Below, piece by piece: positions 9,414 to 17,576 of a DNA stretch of 32,632 nucleotides. Under the pieces are notes generated by a model. That model was not told where the DNA came from. It ran no database searches and was given only the letters and a program-made list of their open reading frames with translations. Position 1 is the stretch's first letter, and the number at the start of each line of letters is the position of its first letter. This DNA comes from a bacterium (GTDB taxonomy: Bacteria > Eisenbacteria > RBG-16-71-46). The position numbers and the translations under genes are program-made. The stretch spans positions 1-32,632 of the forward strand of contig JAYWEM010000173.1 in the NCBI GenBank assembly GCA_043779265.1, in the 5' to 3' direction.

Positions 9414-10286
9414 ATGCGATTCCCCGCCGCACACCTGTTCACGCTGAGCCTCACGCTCGCCGCGAGTCCTCCCGCATGGGCGCAGACGGGCCCGACGCTC
9501 GCCGTCGAGGACACCATGCGCACCGAGGTCGAGCAGGTGCTGGTCAGCGCCCCCCGGGTGACGCTCGATGAGATCCTCGACCGGGTCGCCCGCGGCGAGG
9601 CGAGGCGCGAGTCGCTCATGGTCGATCAGCGCTACGTCGCCACGATGCGCATGGTGCGCGATGTGACCGGCCGCAAGGGGCCCGAGCTGCTGGTCGAGTC
9701 CGTGTCGCAGATCTACAAGAAGCGCCCCGGTCTTCTGCGCGTCGTGATGCTGCGCCACTATGAGAAGCCCGACCCCAAGCGCAAGGATGACGATGAGGAT
9801 GTCGAGACCGACTTCGGCTCCGGCATGGGGGAGAACATCGTCAACTTCGCGTTCCGGCCCGCGACGAGGCGTTCGTATCGCTATCGCATCGTCGGACGCG
9901 AACTGTTGGGCGATCATCTGATCTACCGCATCGCGTTCGAGCCACGCTCGGCGCTCGCGGTCTACGAGCCGAGCGGCGAGGTGTGGGTGAACACGCGCGA
10001 CTTCGTGATCGTGCGCCAGGAACTCAAGTACAAGGAGTCCCCGGTGCCCCTCTTCCTCAAGGGCATCCGGCGTGTGACCATCGAGCGCACCAAAGTGGGC
10101 GATCACTGGGTCCTCTCTCGCGTGCTGGCGCGCGTCGAGGCCACGATTCCGCTGCCCAAGCTGGGACGGTCATTCGACTTCAGCCTTCAGTACAGCGACT
10201 ACTCCATCAACCAAGGGCTCTCCGATTCGCTGTTCACGTCGGCGCCCCGCCGCCGTGGCGGCAACGCCGTGCGAGTCGGCCGATGA
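9414..10286 (+). CDS. Secreted/periplasmic protein resembling the N-terminal half of DUF5686-type proteins (LolA/RseB-like beta-sheet), 290 aa
   Basis: Signal peptide ends PAWA-Q. Segment YRYRIVGRELLGDHLIYRIAFEPR...SGEVWVNTRDFVIVR and C-terminal YSDYSINQGLSDSLF are typical of this fold. Confidence 0.6.
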   Translation: MRFPAAHLFTLSLTLAASPPAWAQTGPTLAVEDTMRTEVEQVLVSAPRVTLDEILDRVARGEARRESLMVDQRYVATMRMVRDVTGRKGPELLVESVSQIYKKRPGLLRVVMLRHYEKPDPKRKDDDEDVETDFGSGMGENIVNFAFRPATRRSYRYRIVGRELLGDHLIYRIAFEPRSALAVYEPSGEVWVNTRDFVIVRQELKYKESPVPLFLKGIRRVTIERTKVGDHWVLSRVLARVEATIPLPKLGRSFDFSLQYSDYSINQGLSDSLFTSAPRRRGGNAVRVGR

Positions 10287-10300
10287 GAACAGGAGACACC

Positions 10301-11659
10301 ATGTCCCGAGTGATTCCCTTGATGGCCGTCGCGCTTGCCGCCCTGCTTGCGAACGCCGCGCCCTCGTTCGCACAGACACCCGCGGCACCCGACTCGCTGC
10401 TCGACGACTACCTCGGCCGTATGCGCGACTCGACCGATGTGTGGTTCGGCATGTCCGCCGCGCCACTCGACACGACCGGGCTCGACAGTGCCTTGGTCGG
10501 CGGACTCGCGCGTGGCAGTGACTCCAATGCCGCGGCGCGCGCGCGACGCGCCGGTCGCATCACGTTCTCGCCATCGCTCGCGTTCACCCGAGTCGATGGC
10601 GGTGTGGTGGGCGCTGAGGCGAGTGTCGGTAGCGCTCGCCTGCTCGGACGCTTGAACGGCACGCTCGAGTATGCGCTCGCGGCCGAGGAGTGGCTGGGCG
10701 GCGTCGCCTACGCCAAGCGCTGGACCAAGCCGTACGAGGACGGCGCATGGGTGCTGCGTGGCTCCGCGTCGCGCCGCACCGATTCATTCGACCGCGACCA
10801 CTTCAACCCGCAGTTCGCTTACGTCAGCGCGTTTCTCGGCGGCGGCGACCGCAACACGTATCTCACGCGCACCGGCGTCGATGCCCTGCTCGAGCGACTC
10901 ACCAGCGGATGGAGTCTGTTCGCCGGCATCCGCGATCATGCCGAGCACGCGAGGGTGACGAGCACCGAGTGGACGGTTCTGGGAGTCGGCCCCGATCCGC
11001 TGCTCAACGCGCCCGCCGCCGAGGGCCGGGCGCGCGAGGCACGCTTCGGAGGACGCCTGTCGCTGCCGCGACTGCCGTGGACCCTCGAAGCGCAGCACTG
11101 GACCAGCGGTCGGCAGCTCGCCAGCGACTTCACCTATCGCCGCACCCGCGTCGCCGTGGCAGGCGACATCGGGTTGTTCGACCGTGTCGCCCTCGTGCCG
11201 CAGTTCGAGTGGGGTCGGCTGAAGGGCGATGCACTGCCGCAGCAGGCCTTCTACATGGGCGGCACGCCCAACCTGCGCACGTACGATCGGAACGAGCGCG
11301 TGGGCTCCGGGCGAGCGGTGATGCAGGCCGACCTGCTCTACGTCGGCGATGCGCTCACCCGCCTCGGCGTGCCGCACCCCGCGTGGCTGCCGCTCTCCTT
11401 CGGCGTGTTCGGCAATGTCGGCGCCGTGTGGGGCATCGATCCCGTGACCGGACTCGCCGCCGCGAGCGATCGGGCGTGGCCCGATTCGGGCGATTGGAAG
11501 TCGGAAGCCGGCATCATGATGTTGTGGCGGATCGGCGTGCCCGACCCCGACGCAGCGGTGCGGTTCGACTACGCCGTCCCCGTCGGCCCCGAGGACGAGC
11601 GAGTGCCCAGCTTCACGATCTCGTTCCAGAAGTCGTTGGGGATGCTGCGCGTGAGGTGA
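10301..11659 (+). CDS. Outer-membrane beta-barrel protein (Omp85/TamA-like or DUF5686 C-terminal barrel), 452 aa
   Basis: SD AGGAG before ATG 10301; signal peptide ends PSFA-Q. Many amphipathic strands. FYMGGTPNLRTY resembles the Omp85 loop-6 (V/L)RG(F/Y) motif; VRFDYAVPV lies near the C-terminus. Confidence 0.65.
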   Translation: MSRVIPLMAVALAALLANAAPSFAQTPAAPDSLLDDYLGRMRDSTDVWFGMSAAPLDTTGLDSALVGGLARGSDSNAAARARRAGRITFSPSLAFTRVDGGVVGAEASVGSARLLGRLNGTLEYALAAEEWLGGVAYAKRWTKPYEDGAWVLRGSASRRTDSFDRDHFNPQFAYVSAFLGGGDRNTYLTRTGVDALLERLTSGWSLFAGIRDHAEHARVTSTEWTVLGVGPDPLLNAPAAEGRAREARFGGRLSLPRLPWTLEAQHWTSGRQLASDFTYRRTRVAVAGDIGLFDRVALVPQFEWGRLKGDALPQQAFYMGGTPNLRTYDRNERVGSGRAVMQADLLYVGDALTRLGVPHPAWLPLSFGVFGNVGAVWGIDPVTGLAAASDRAWPDSGDWKSEAGIMMLWRIGVPDPDAAVRFDYAVPVGPEDERVPSFTISFQKSLGMLRVR

Positions 11660-11668
11660 GAAAGAGCA

Positions 11669-11696
11669 GCCCCCGGTGGATCGCTCCACCGGGGGC
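11669..11696. terminator. Bidirectional terminator-like hairpin between convergent genes
   Basis: Perfect 12-bp inverted repeat GCCCCCGGTGGA-TCGC-TCCACCGGGGGC starting 10 nt after the stop at 11659. Confidence 0.7.
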
Positions 11697-11758
11697 CCAC
11701 CGCACGGCCCGTCCCTTTGCCCTGGCTACCTACGGAACCGTGCGTGTGTCTCCACCGG

Positions 11759-12085
11759 CTAGCGACGATCGCGATCGTTGTGACGCAGCCGCGCGATCTC
11801 GCGGCTCTGCACGTTCTGGGCGCGAGCGAGGCGAGCACGCTCATGGGCCGTGACGACACCGTCGGCCTTGGCGCGACGTTCGAGGCGATGCACCCGCGCC
11901 TGACCGCGCACCAGCCGGCGCGTCTCGGCGCGCGTCAGTTGGTCGCTTCGCACACCGTCACGGATTCGCTCCGCCTGGTTGGCCTCGCGTCGATCGACGC
12001 TCGGCGTCCCGGCGTCGGCCACGGCGGCGCTGCCTGCGACCATGGCGAACGTGGCGACGAGCATGAGCGACACGAGCTTCTTCAT
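11759..12085 (-). CDS. Small secreted helical-repeat protein of unknown function (108 aa)
   Basis: SD AGGAGG; signal peptide MKKLVSLMLVATFAMVAGSAAVA; repeated motif QAERIRDGVRSDQLTRAETRRL / RAKADGVVTAHERARL. Confidence 0.8.
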   Translation of the reverse strand: MKKLVSLMLVATFAMVAGSAAVADAGTPSVDRREANQAERIRDGVRSDQLTRAETRRLVRGQARVHRLERRAKADGVVTAHERARLARAQNVQSREIARLRHNDRDRR

Positions 12086-12330
12086 GAGATGCCTCCTGGG
12101 GCGTTGCGCCCCTGTATCAGGGAAAGCGGCGAGTGCGTTGCTGGGAACCGGAGCCGGTGCGCCGTGGCGCGTGGCGTCTTCGCACGAGACGCACTGCAGG
12201 GCGTGTGCCGCCGATGAGCCGGCTCGCCTCTGCGTTGTGGCCAAACGACTTACGGCATCCACAGCATCGGCATCGACGCCCGACGTGGCCCGCCCGGGTC
12301 AGTCCGCTGCACCGAAGTGTGCGACTGCGT

Positions 12331-13365
12331 TCAGCGGCCGGACGGGGCGCTCGTGTCGGGCAGCGCGGCGAGCCAGCCATCGACCTGCGCGATGATCGCT
12401 CGCACCTGCGCGGCATTCTCGGGACGCAGATGGGCTCCCGGATGCGTGCGCCGCTCGGCGTGCGGCAGGGCCCGATGCAGCGCACGGACGGATTCGCCGG
12501 GGTAGCGCTCCTCCGCCTCGGCATCCAAGAGCAATGTCGGCACGCGCTCGGCCGCCTCGGCGTGTCTCGAGGGCTCGAGCGCATGAACCCATCGCGCACC
12601 GAGCACGGCGAGCGGCGGCGCGAGCACCGCATCGAGCCAGCCGTGCGGCAGGGTTCTCCGCAGTTCGGACTCGAGCAGCGACTCCAGATCGGCCATGCCG
12701 TCGACGAGTACCAGTGCATCGGCAGGGCCCAGCCGCAGCGCCGCCACGGCGATCGGTGAGCCGAGACTGGCGCCCAGCAACGCCACCCTCGTCGGAGCGC
12801 GCTCCCGTCTCAGCGCCTCGGCGCCATGCGCGAGTGCCGCCGGGGAGTGCATCAGCGCGTGCCGCATGGCCGGCACGCGCCGGAGGAACGCGTGCCATGG
12901 CATCCGCCGCTCGCCGCGCCATGGCCAGTCCATCGCCAGCGCGTCCACGGCGAGCGATTCGGGCAACAGGAGCGCCGCGCGATCCCCGGTGCCGATCCCA
13001 CCCAGCATCACCACCGCCCACGGACGACTCCCCGCACGCGCGCGCGCCTCGGGCGATGCGGCGCGGAACAGACCGCGCAGCGTGTCGCCGTGCGTCGGGA
13101 CGATGCGCCAGCGCTCCAGGCGCTCGCCCAGCTCGGGCGCAGGCTCCCGGAGGATGGCGCCCGTGAAGCCGCGATGCGCGAGCAGCGACAGCGTCGGATC
13201 GGGCGGGTGCGTCCACCACCAGGCACCCATCACCACGAGCGCGATCGGCAGCATCACCATCACGACGCCCACGAATCGCATCAGCATGAGCCCCGCCCAC
13301 GCCCAGCGCGGCATCTCATCCGAATGCCACGAACCTCGCTCGTCTCGCTTCATCGTGCGAACCAC
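12331..13365 (-). CDS. Membrane-anchored alpha/beta hydrolase-fold protein (start uncertain: 13365, 13353 or later)
   Basis: N-terminal TM helix; oxyanion-like MLGGIGTG; nucleophile GASLG; C-terminal HPGAHL. Confidence 0.7.
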   Translation of the reverse strand: MVRTMKRDERGSWHSDEMPRWAWAGLMLMRFVGVVMVMLPIALVVMGAWWWTHPPDPTLSLLAHRGFTGAILREPAPELGERLERWRIVPTHGDTLRGLFRAASPEARARAGSRPWAVVMLGGIGTGDRAALLLPESLAVDALAMDWPWRGERRMPWHAFLRRVPAMRHALMHSPAALAHGAEALRRERAPTRVALLGASLGSPIAVAALRLGPADALVLVDGMADLESLLESELRRTLPHGWLDAVLAPPLAVLGARWVHALEPSRHAEAAERVPTLLLDAEAEERYPGESVRALHRALPHAERRTHPGAHLRPENAAQVRAIIAQVDGWLAALPDTSAPSGR

Positions 13366-13378
13366 CCTCGCGATGGTG

Positions 13379-14752
13379 TCAGACCGGCAGTTCGTGTTCG
13401 GTCAACTCGATGCGACGCCACGCCCCGGTGCGGAAGCGCCAGTAGAGCACGACCGAGAGGATGGCGAGATAGCCGACGACGCACAGCATCACGGTCGCGG
13501 GCCCGCCCCGCATATGCGCGATCAACCACCAGGAGACCGGGACGAACAGCGCCCACGCCACCACCAGCCGCGCCCACATGCACCACGCTGTGTCGCCCGC
13601 CGCGCGAAGCGCCTCGCCCACGGTGACGCCGACCGAGTCGAACAACTGCCACGCCGCGCTCAGGACCAGCATGAGCGTGCCGACCTTCAGGAGTTGCTCG
13701 GCTTCGGCGCCATGCGTCGCGAACGGGGCGATCAGCATGCGCGGGAACAGGATGTAGATCAGACCAACGGTCCCCTGCCAGGCGAGCGAGACACCCATGG
13801 TGAGGCGCACCAGTGCCGGCACCTCGTCCTTCGCGGCGCGGCCGATCGCCTGCCCCACCAGGATGGCGCCCGCCGAGGCGAGCGCGAAGGCGGGCATGAA
13901 CGACACCGAGTTGAGCTGCAGGATCACGTTCATCGAGGCGAGCACGACGGTGCCGAGCTGGCTCACCACGGCATTCAGGAACAGCGTGAACGCGCTGATC
14001 TCCATGAACCAATTGACGCCGTTGGGGACACCGAACCGCACCACCCTCAGGAATTCGCTCATGCGCAGCGCGAGCGGCTGACCGCCGACGATCTCGCGTT
14101 GCTTCGCCGTGAATGCCACGAACATGAACACGGCGCCGACCAAGGTGGCGAGCGCGCTGCCGAGCGCCGAGCCGCGCACGCCCATCGCGGGCGCTCCCAG
14201 GTGTCCGAAGATGAACACCCAGTTCAGCGCGATGTTGGCGATCATGGTCAGGATGCTCGCGCGCATCTGCACCTGCGTGTCGCCGATGCCGCCGAACCAG
14301 TTGCCGAGCGCCTCGGTCACGATGATGAAGCCGGTCGAGCACAACCGGATCATCATGTAGCCCGAGATCGCCTCCCTCACCTGCGGCTCGAACCCGAACA
14401 ATCCGAGCGTGCGCGGCACGAACGGCAGCGCGGCGAGCGCCATCACCTGCGCGAGCGCGGCCAGGATCAACCCGTACCAGGCGAAGCGGCGAGCCGAGAC
14501 CAGATCGCCGCGGCCGGCGTACTGCGAGGCGAAGCTCTGGACGATGAACACCGTGCCCATCGGCAGGATGACCAGCGAGAATGTGTTGATCGCCCCGGTG
14601 CTCGTGGAGGCGAGCGCCGCTGCGCCGAGCGGCGCCACCATGAGCGCGTCCGCGAGCCCGATCACCGACTGCGTCGAACGCGACACGACCATGGGCCATG
14701 CGAGCGTGAGCAGTTCCCGAAGCGATCCGCGCGCGGCGGAGACACTGCTCAC
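13379..14752 (-). CDS. MATE-family efflux transporter
   Basis: About 12 hydrophobic helices; LAWPMVVS, GLADALMVAPLG, NIALNWVFIFGHLGAPAMGVRGSALGS, ALRAAGDT. GTG start overlaps the upstream stop. Confidence 0.93.
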   Translation of the reverse strand: MSSVSAARGSLRELLTLAWPMVVSRSTQSVIGLADALMVAPLGAAALASTSTGAINTFSLVILPMGTVFIVQSFASQYAGRGDLVSARRFAWYGLILAALAQVMALAALPFVPRTLGLFGFEPQVREAISGYMMIRLCSTGFIIVTEALGNWFGGIGDTQVQMRASILTMIANIALNWVFIFGHLGAPAMGVRGSALGSALATLVGAVFMFVAFTAKQREIVGGQPLALRMSEFLRVVRFGVPNGVNWFMEISAFTLFLNAVVSQLGTVVLASMNVILQLNSVSFMPAFALASAGAILVGQAIGRAAKDEVPALVRLTMGVSLAWQGTVGLIYILFPRMLIAPFATHGAEAEQLLKVGTLMLVLSAAWQLFDSVGVTVGEALRAAGDTAWCMWARLVVAWALFVPVSWWLIAHMRGGPATVMLCVVGYLAILSVVLYWRFRTGAWRRIELTEHELPV

Positions 14753-15957
14753 ATTCGTGCCCACACCCGCTTGGCGCACTCGCGAGCACGCGTCTGCACC
14801 TCGCGCTCATCGACGTTGACCAGCACGCCGTTGTCCATCACGACATCGCCCGCCACCATCACGCCGGCGACCGGAGCGCGCAGCAGTCCCTGCGCCAGAT
14901 GCGCATGCAGCGTGCGCGCGGACAACTCGGTCGAGGGCAGGTAGTCGACCAGCACGACATCGGCCGGCGAGCCGGGCGCGATGCGCCCGAGCGCCTCGCC
15001 GAAGTGGTCCGAGGCCCACGCCGCGCCCGTCACGAACAGCCGCCGGTAGTGCGCCTCGGCATTGCGCGGCAGATAGGGTCCCTCTTGGACCGGCGGCGCA
15101 TTGGCGCCGTCGTCGCTCCCCCAGCCGGCATCGGCCTCGCGCAGCAGTGCGGCGATCGCACCGGTGCCGCTCGCGGTGAACGCATCGCCTCGGCCGCGCG
15201 CCGCATCGATCAAGCCGCGCGGCGCACGCTCGGCATGGGCCCACAGCGCGGGGAAGGCGGTGGCGGGAAGCGTGTCGGCGCGCGCCCAGCGCTCGGCCGG
15301 TGTCAGGTCGAGCGCCAGATCGACATGCACGGCGTACTGACGGCCGGCGCTCTCGAGCGCCTCGGCGAGCAGGGTCTCGATGCCGTGCATGCTCGTCGCC
15401 TGAACGCCGAGCATGCCGCGCAGGCGGCCCTTGCCGCGGCGCGCGGTCTCGCGCGCGAAGTTGACGCTCTCGTCGATCGCCGCGCGCCGCTCGAGCGGCG
15501 TGTCGTCCTCGGCGGCGCCGTAGCAGGTGGCGGTGCGCACCCCGACCTCATCGGCGGCGCTCATCACCTCGCTCAGCGACAGATCGAGGCAGGCGCCCGA
15601 GCGGTGGAAGTCGACGACGGTGGTGACGCCGTGCCGCATGCCCTCGATCAGCGCGGCGGCACAGGCCCAGCGCACATCCTCGGCCGACAACACGCGATCG
15701 TAGCGGCGCCAGTCCGACGGACTGCGCAATGCCAGGCCGCGCGCCAGATGACGCGCGAGGTGCGCATGCGTGTTGATGAAGCCGGGCATCATCACCCGGC
15801 CGCGCGCCGGCCACAGGGTTTCGTCGGGGTGGGCCGAGGCCAGATCGCCGAGTTTGCCGATGTTGCTGATGTGGGCGCCGACCACGCGGACAGCGGCGTT
15901 CTCGTGCACCACGGGCTCGGGGCCGCCGGTGACGACGGTGCAGGGTCCGATGATCAC
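14749..15957 (-). CDS. Metal-dependent amidohydrolase, SsnA/MtaD (ATZ/TRZ)-like, divergent
   Basis: MPGFINTHAH (HxH), GMRHGVTTVVDFH, GSDDG, GRIAPGSPADVVLVD, VMVAGDVVM. The family-like sequence begins at GTG 15957; the rest of the 719-aa ORF is antisense to lysC. Confidence 0.82.
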   Translation of the reverse strand: MIIGPCTVVTGGPEPVVHENAAVRVVGAHISNIGKLGDLASAHPDETLWPARGRVMMPGFINTHAHLARHLARGLALRSPSDWRRYDRVLSAEDVRWACAAALIEGMRHGVTTVVDFHRSGACLDLSLSEVMSAADEVGVRTATCYGAAEDDTPLERRAAIDESVNFARETARRGKGRLRGMLGVQATSMHGIETLLAEALESAGRQYAVHVDLALDLTPAERWARADTLPATAFPALWAHAERAPRGLIDAARGRGDAFTASGTGAIAALLREADAGWGSDDGANAPPVQEGPYLPRNAEAHYRRLFVTGAAWASDHFGEALGRIAPGSPADVVLVDYLPSTELSARTLHAHLAQGLLRAPVAGVMVAGDVVMDNGVLVNVDEREVQTRARECAKRVWARM

Positions 15958-16089
15958 GGACGAGGCTCGCGCGGGCTCACACGCCGATCGGCGGGAGCAT
16001 GCGACAGAAGGGTGTCGCGCAGCAGCGGTCTGCCTCCTTGCGGACCCGAGGGGGTGCCGGCATCCATGCCAGCGGAGTGGCCACGCGCC

Positions 16090-16118
16090 AAGGTGCAACG
16101 CTCCGGAGGGCGAGTCAA
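16090..16118 (-). promoter_or_regulatory. Putative sigma70 promoter for the amidohydrolase-MATE-hydrolase operon
   Basis: Minus strand TTGACT-17 nt-CACCTT. Confidence 0.35.
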
Positions 16119-16180
16119 GGCCCTGGGCGGGGCGAACGCGGCCCGCTAGGATGCGAGCTCGATCCTCGGGAGGAGACTCC

Positions 16181-17545
16181 ATGCAGCGCGTGGTCATGAA
16201 GTTCGGCGGCACATCGGTCGGCGTGGCCGACAACCTCACGCGCGCCATGGCGCTCATCGAGTCACGCATCGCGCGCGATGAGGCGGCTCCGCTCGTGGTG
16301 GTGAGCGCGCTCTCGGGCGTGACCGACCTGCTCGTGCGATTCTGCATCTCGCCGGGCGAGCGCTCGGTCCTCTCCGGCAAGCTGGTCGACCGGCATGTCG
16401 CGCATGCGTTGGCGATGGGACTGCCCGCCCACGCGCTCGAACAACCGCTCGCGGCGTGGCACCGGTGCGCGGACACCGCCGGCGCCGAGGTGTTGTCGCC
16501 CGAGCGCTGCGACGAGGTCCTTGCCACCGGCGAGTGGCTGTCGGCGACGCTGGTCGCGGCGGCGCTCGAGGCGCGAGGCGTGGCGGCGCGCGCCGTCGAG
16601 GCCGGAGCCGCGGGGCTGGTGACCGACGACCGGTTCGGCGCGGCGCACCCGCTGCCCGAGTCGAGGGGCCGACTCGCCCAGTCACTGCCCGCCTCGCGTG
16701 AGGTGGCGGTGGTGACCGGATTCACCGGCCGCACCCTCGATGGCCGCCCCACCACGCTCGGGCGGGGCGGGTCCGACTTCACCGCCGCGTGGATCGGCGC
16801 GGCGATCGAGGCGAGCGAGATCGAGATCTGGACCGACACGAGCGGCATGCTGTCGGCCGACCCGCGCGTCGTCGCCGAGGCCCGCCCGGTGCCCGAACTC
16901 TCGTTCACCGAGGCGAGCGAACTGGCCTATTTCGGCGCCAAGGTGCTGCACCCCAAGACGCTGCTGCCCGCGATCGAGCGCGGCATCGCGGTGCGCGTGC
17001 TCAACACGTCGCGGCCCGAGGACCCGGGCTCGCGGATCACCGCAACCGCGGCGGCGCACACCGGAGCCTGGCGCGTGAAGTCGATCGCCTGCCGCACCGG
17101 GATCACCGCGGTCACCATCGTCTCCAGCCGCATGCTGATGTCGCACGGGTTCCTGGCGCGCGTGTTCGAGGTGTTCGGCCGCCACCAGTTGGTGGTGGAT
17201 CTGGTCACCACATCGGAGGTCTCGATCTCGGTGACGCTCGACGACGCGCACCGGCTGGATGCTGCGCTCGCGGACCTCGAGGGCATCGGCGAGGTCGAGG
17301 TGCGCCGCGGACTCGCGATCGTGGCGGTGGTGGGCGACGGGGCGCCGACGCAGGTCGGCCTCGCCGGGCACCTGTTCACGCTGCTGGGCGGCATCGGCGT
17401 GCCGGTCGAGATGATCTCGCAGGGCGCCTCGCGCGTGAATCTGTCGTTCGTCGTGCGCGAGGAGCATGCCGCACCGTCGGTGCGACTGCTGCATCGCGGG
17501 CTCGGCCTCGACGTCGAGCACATCGAGCACGCACTGACTCGTTGA
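16181..17545 (+). CDS. lysC: Aspartate kinase with two ACT domains
   Basis: SD GGAGGAG; VMKFGGTSV, VVVSALSGVTD, TTLGRGGSDFTAA, WTDTSGMLSADPR, ELAYFGAKVLHP, VEMISQGASRVNLS. Confidence 0.95.
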   Translation: MQRVVMKFGGTSVGVADNLTRAMALIESRIARDEAAPLVVVSALSGVTDLLVRFCISPGERSVLSGKLVDRHVAHALAMGLPAHALEQPLAAWHRCADTAGAEVLSPERCDEVLATGEWLSATLVAAALEARGVAARAVEAGAAGLVTDDRFGAAHPLPESRGRLAQSLPASREVAVVTGFTGRTLDGRPTTLGRGGSDFTAAWIGAAIEASEIEIWTDTSGMLSADPRVVAEARPVPELSFTEASELAYFGAKVLHPKTLLPAIERGIAVRVLNTSRPEDPGSRITATAAAHTGAWRVKSIACRTGITAVTIVSSRMLMSHGFLARVFEVFGRHQLVVDLVTTSEVSISVTLDDAHRLDAALADLEGIGEVEVRRGLAIVAVVGDGAPTQVGLAGHLFTLLGGIGVPVEMISQGASRVNLSFVVREEHAAPSVRLLHRGLGLDVEHIEHALTR

Positions 17546-17576
17546 CCCCCGCGCGAGCGCGGCCCTACTCTGAGTC

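Noticed and set aside
12232..12254. GTTG...AAACGACTTACG as a dif/Xer site or repeat element
   Set aside because: Only a half-site resembling an IHF-like AA-N4-TTA motif is present, with no full 28-bp dif structure or second exact copy in the window.
2094..14944. Large antisense or alternative-frame ORFs (e.g. 2990..5287, 5882..7699, 7482..9167, 12695..14944)
   Set aside because: Shadow ORFs expected from stop-codon scarcity at high GC. They have no motifs and lie opposite well-supported genes.
16025..16052. Minus-strand CGGGTCC-GCAA-GGAGGCAG resembles SRP (4.5S) RNA helix 8 (CAGGUCC-GGAA-GGAAGCAG)
   Set aside because: Two conserved adenines of the symmetric loop are G here, and the flanks do not form the long SRP hairpin. 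An Infernal scan would settle it.
15958..16180. Lysine riboswitch upstream of lysC
   Set aside because: No recognisable L-box motifs, and a TAGGAT -10-like hexamer at 16147-16152 implies a very short 5' UTR.
14749..17545. Long overlapping ORFs 14749..16908 (-) and 15770..17545 (+) as extended or fused proteins
   Set aside because: The extensions are antisense read-through of each other in high-GC DNA. Family homology starts at 15957 and 16181.
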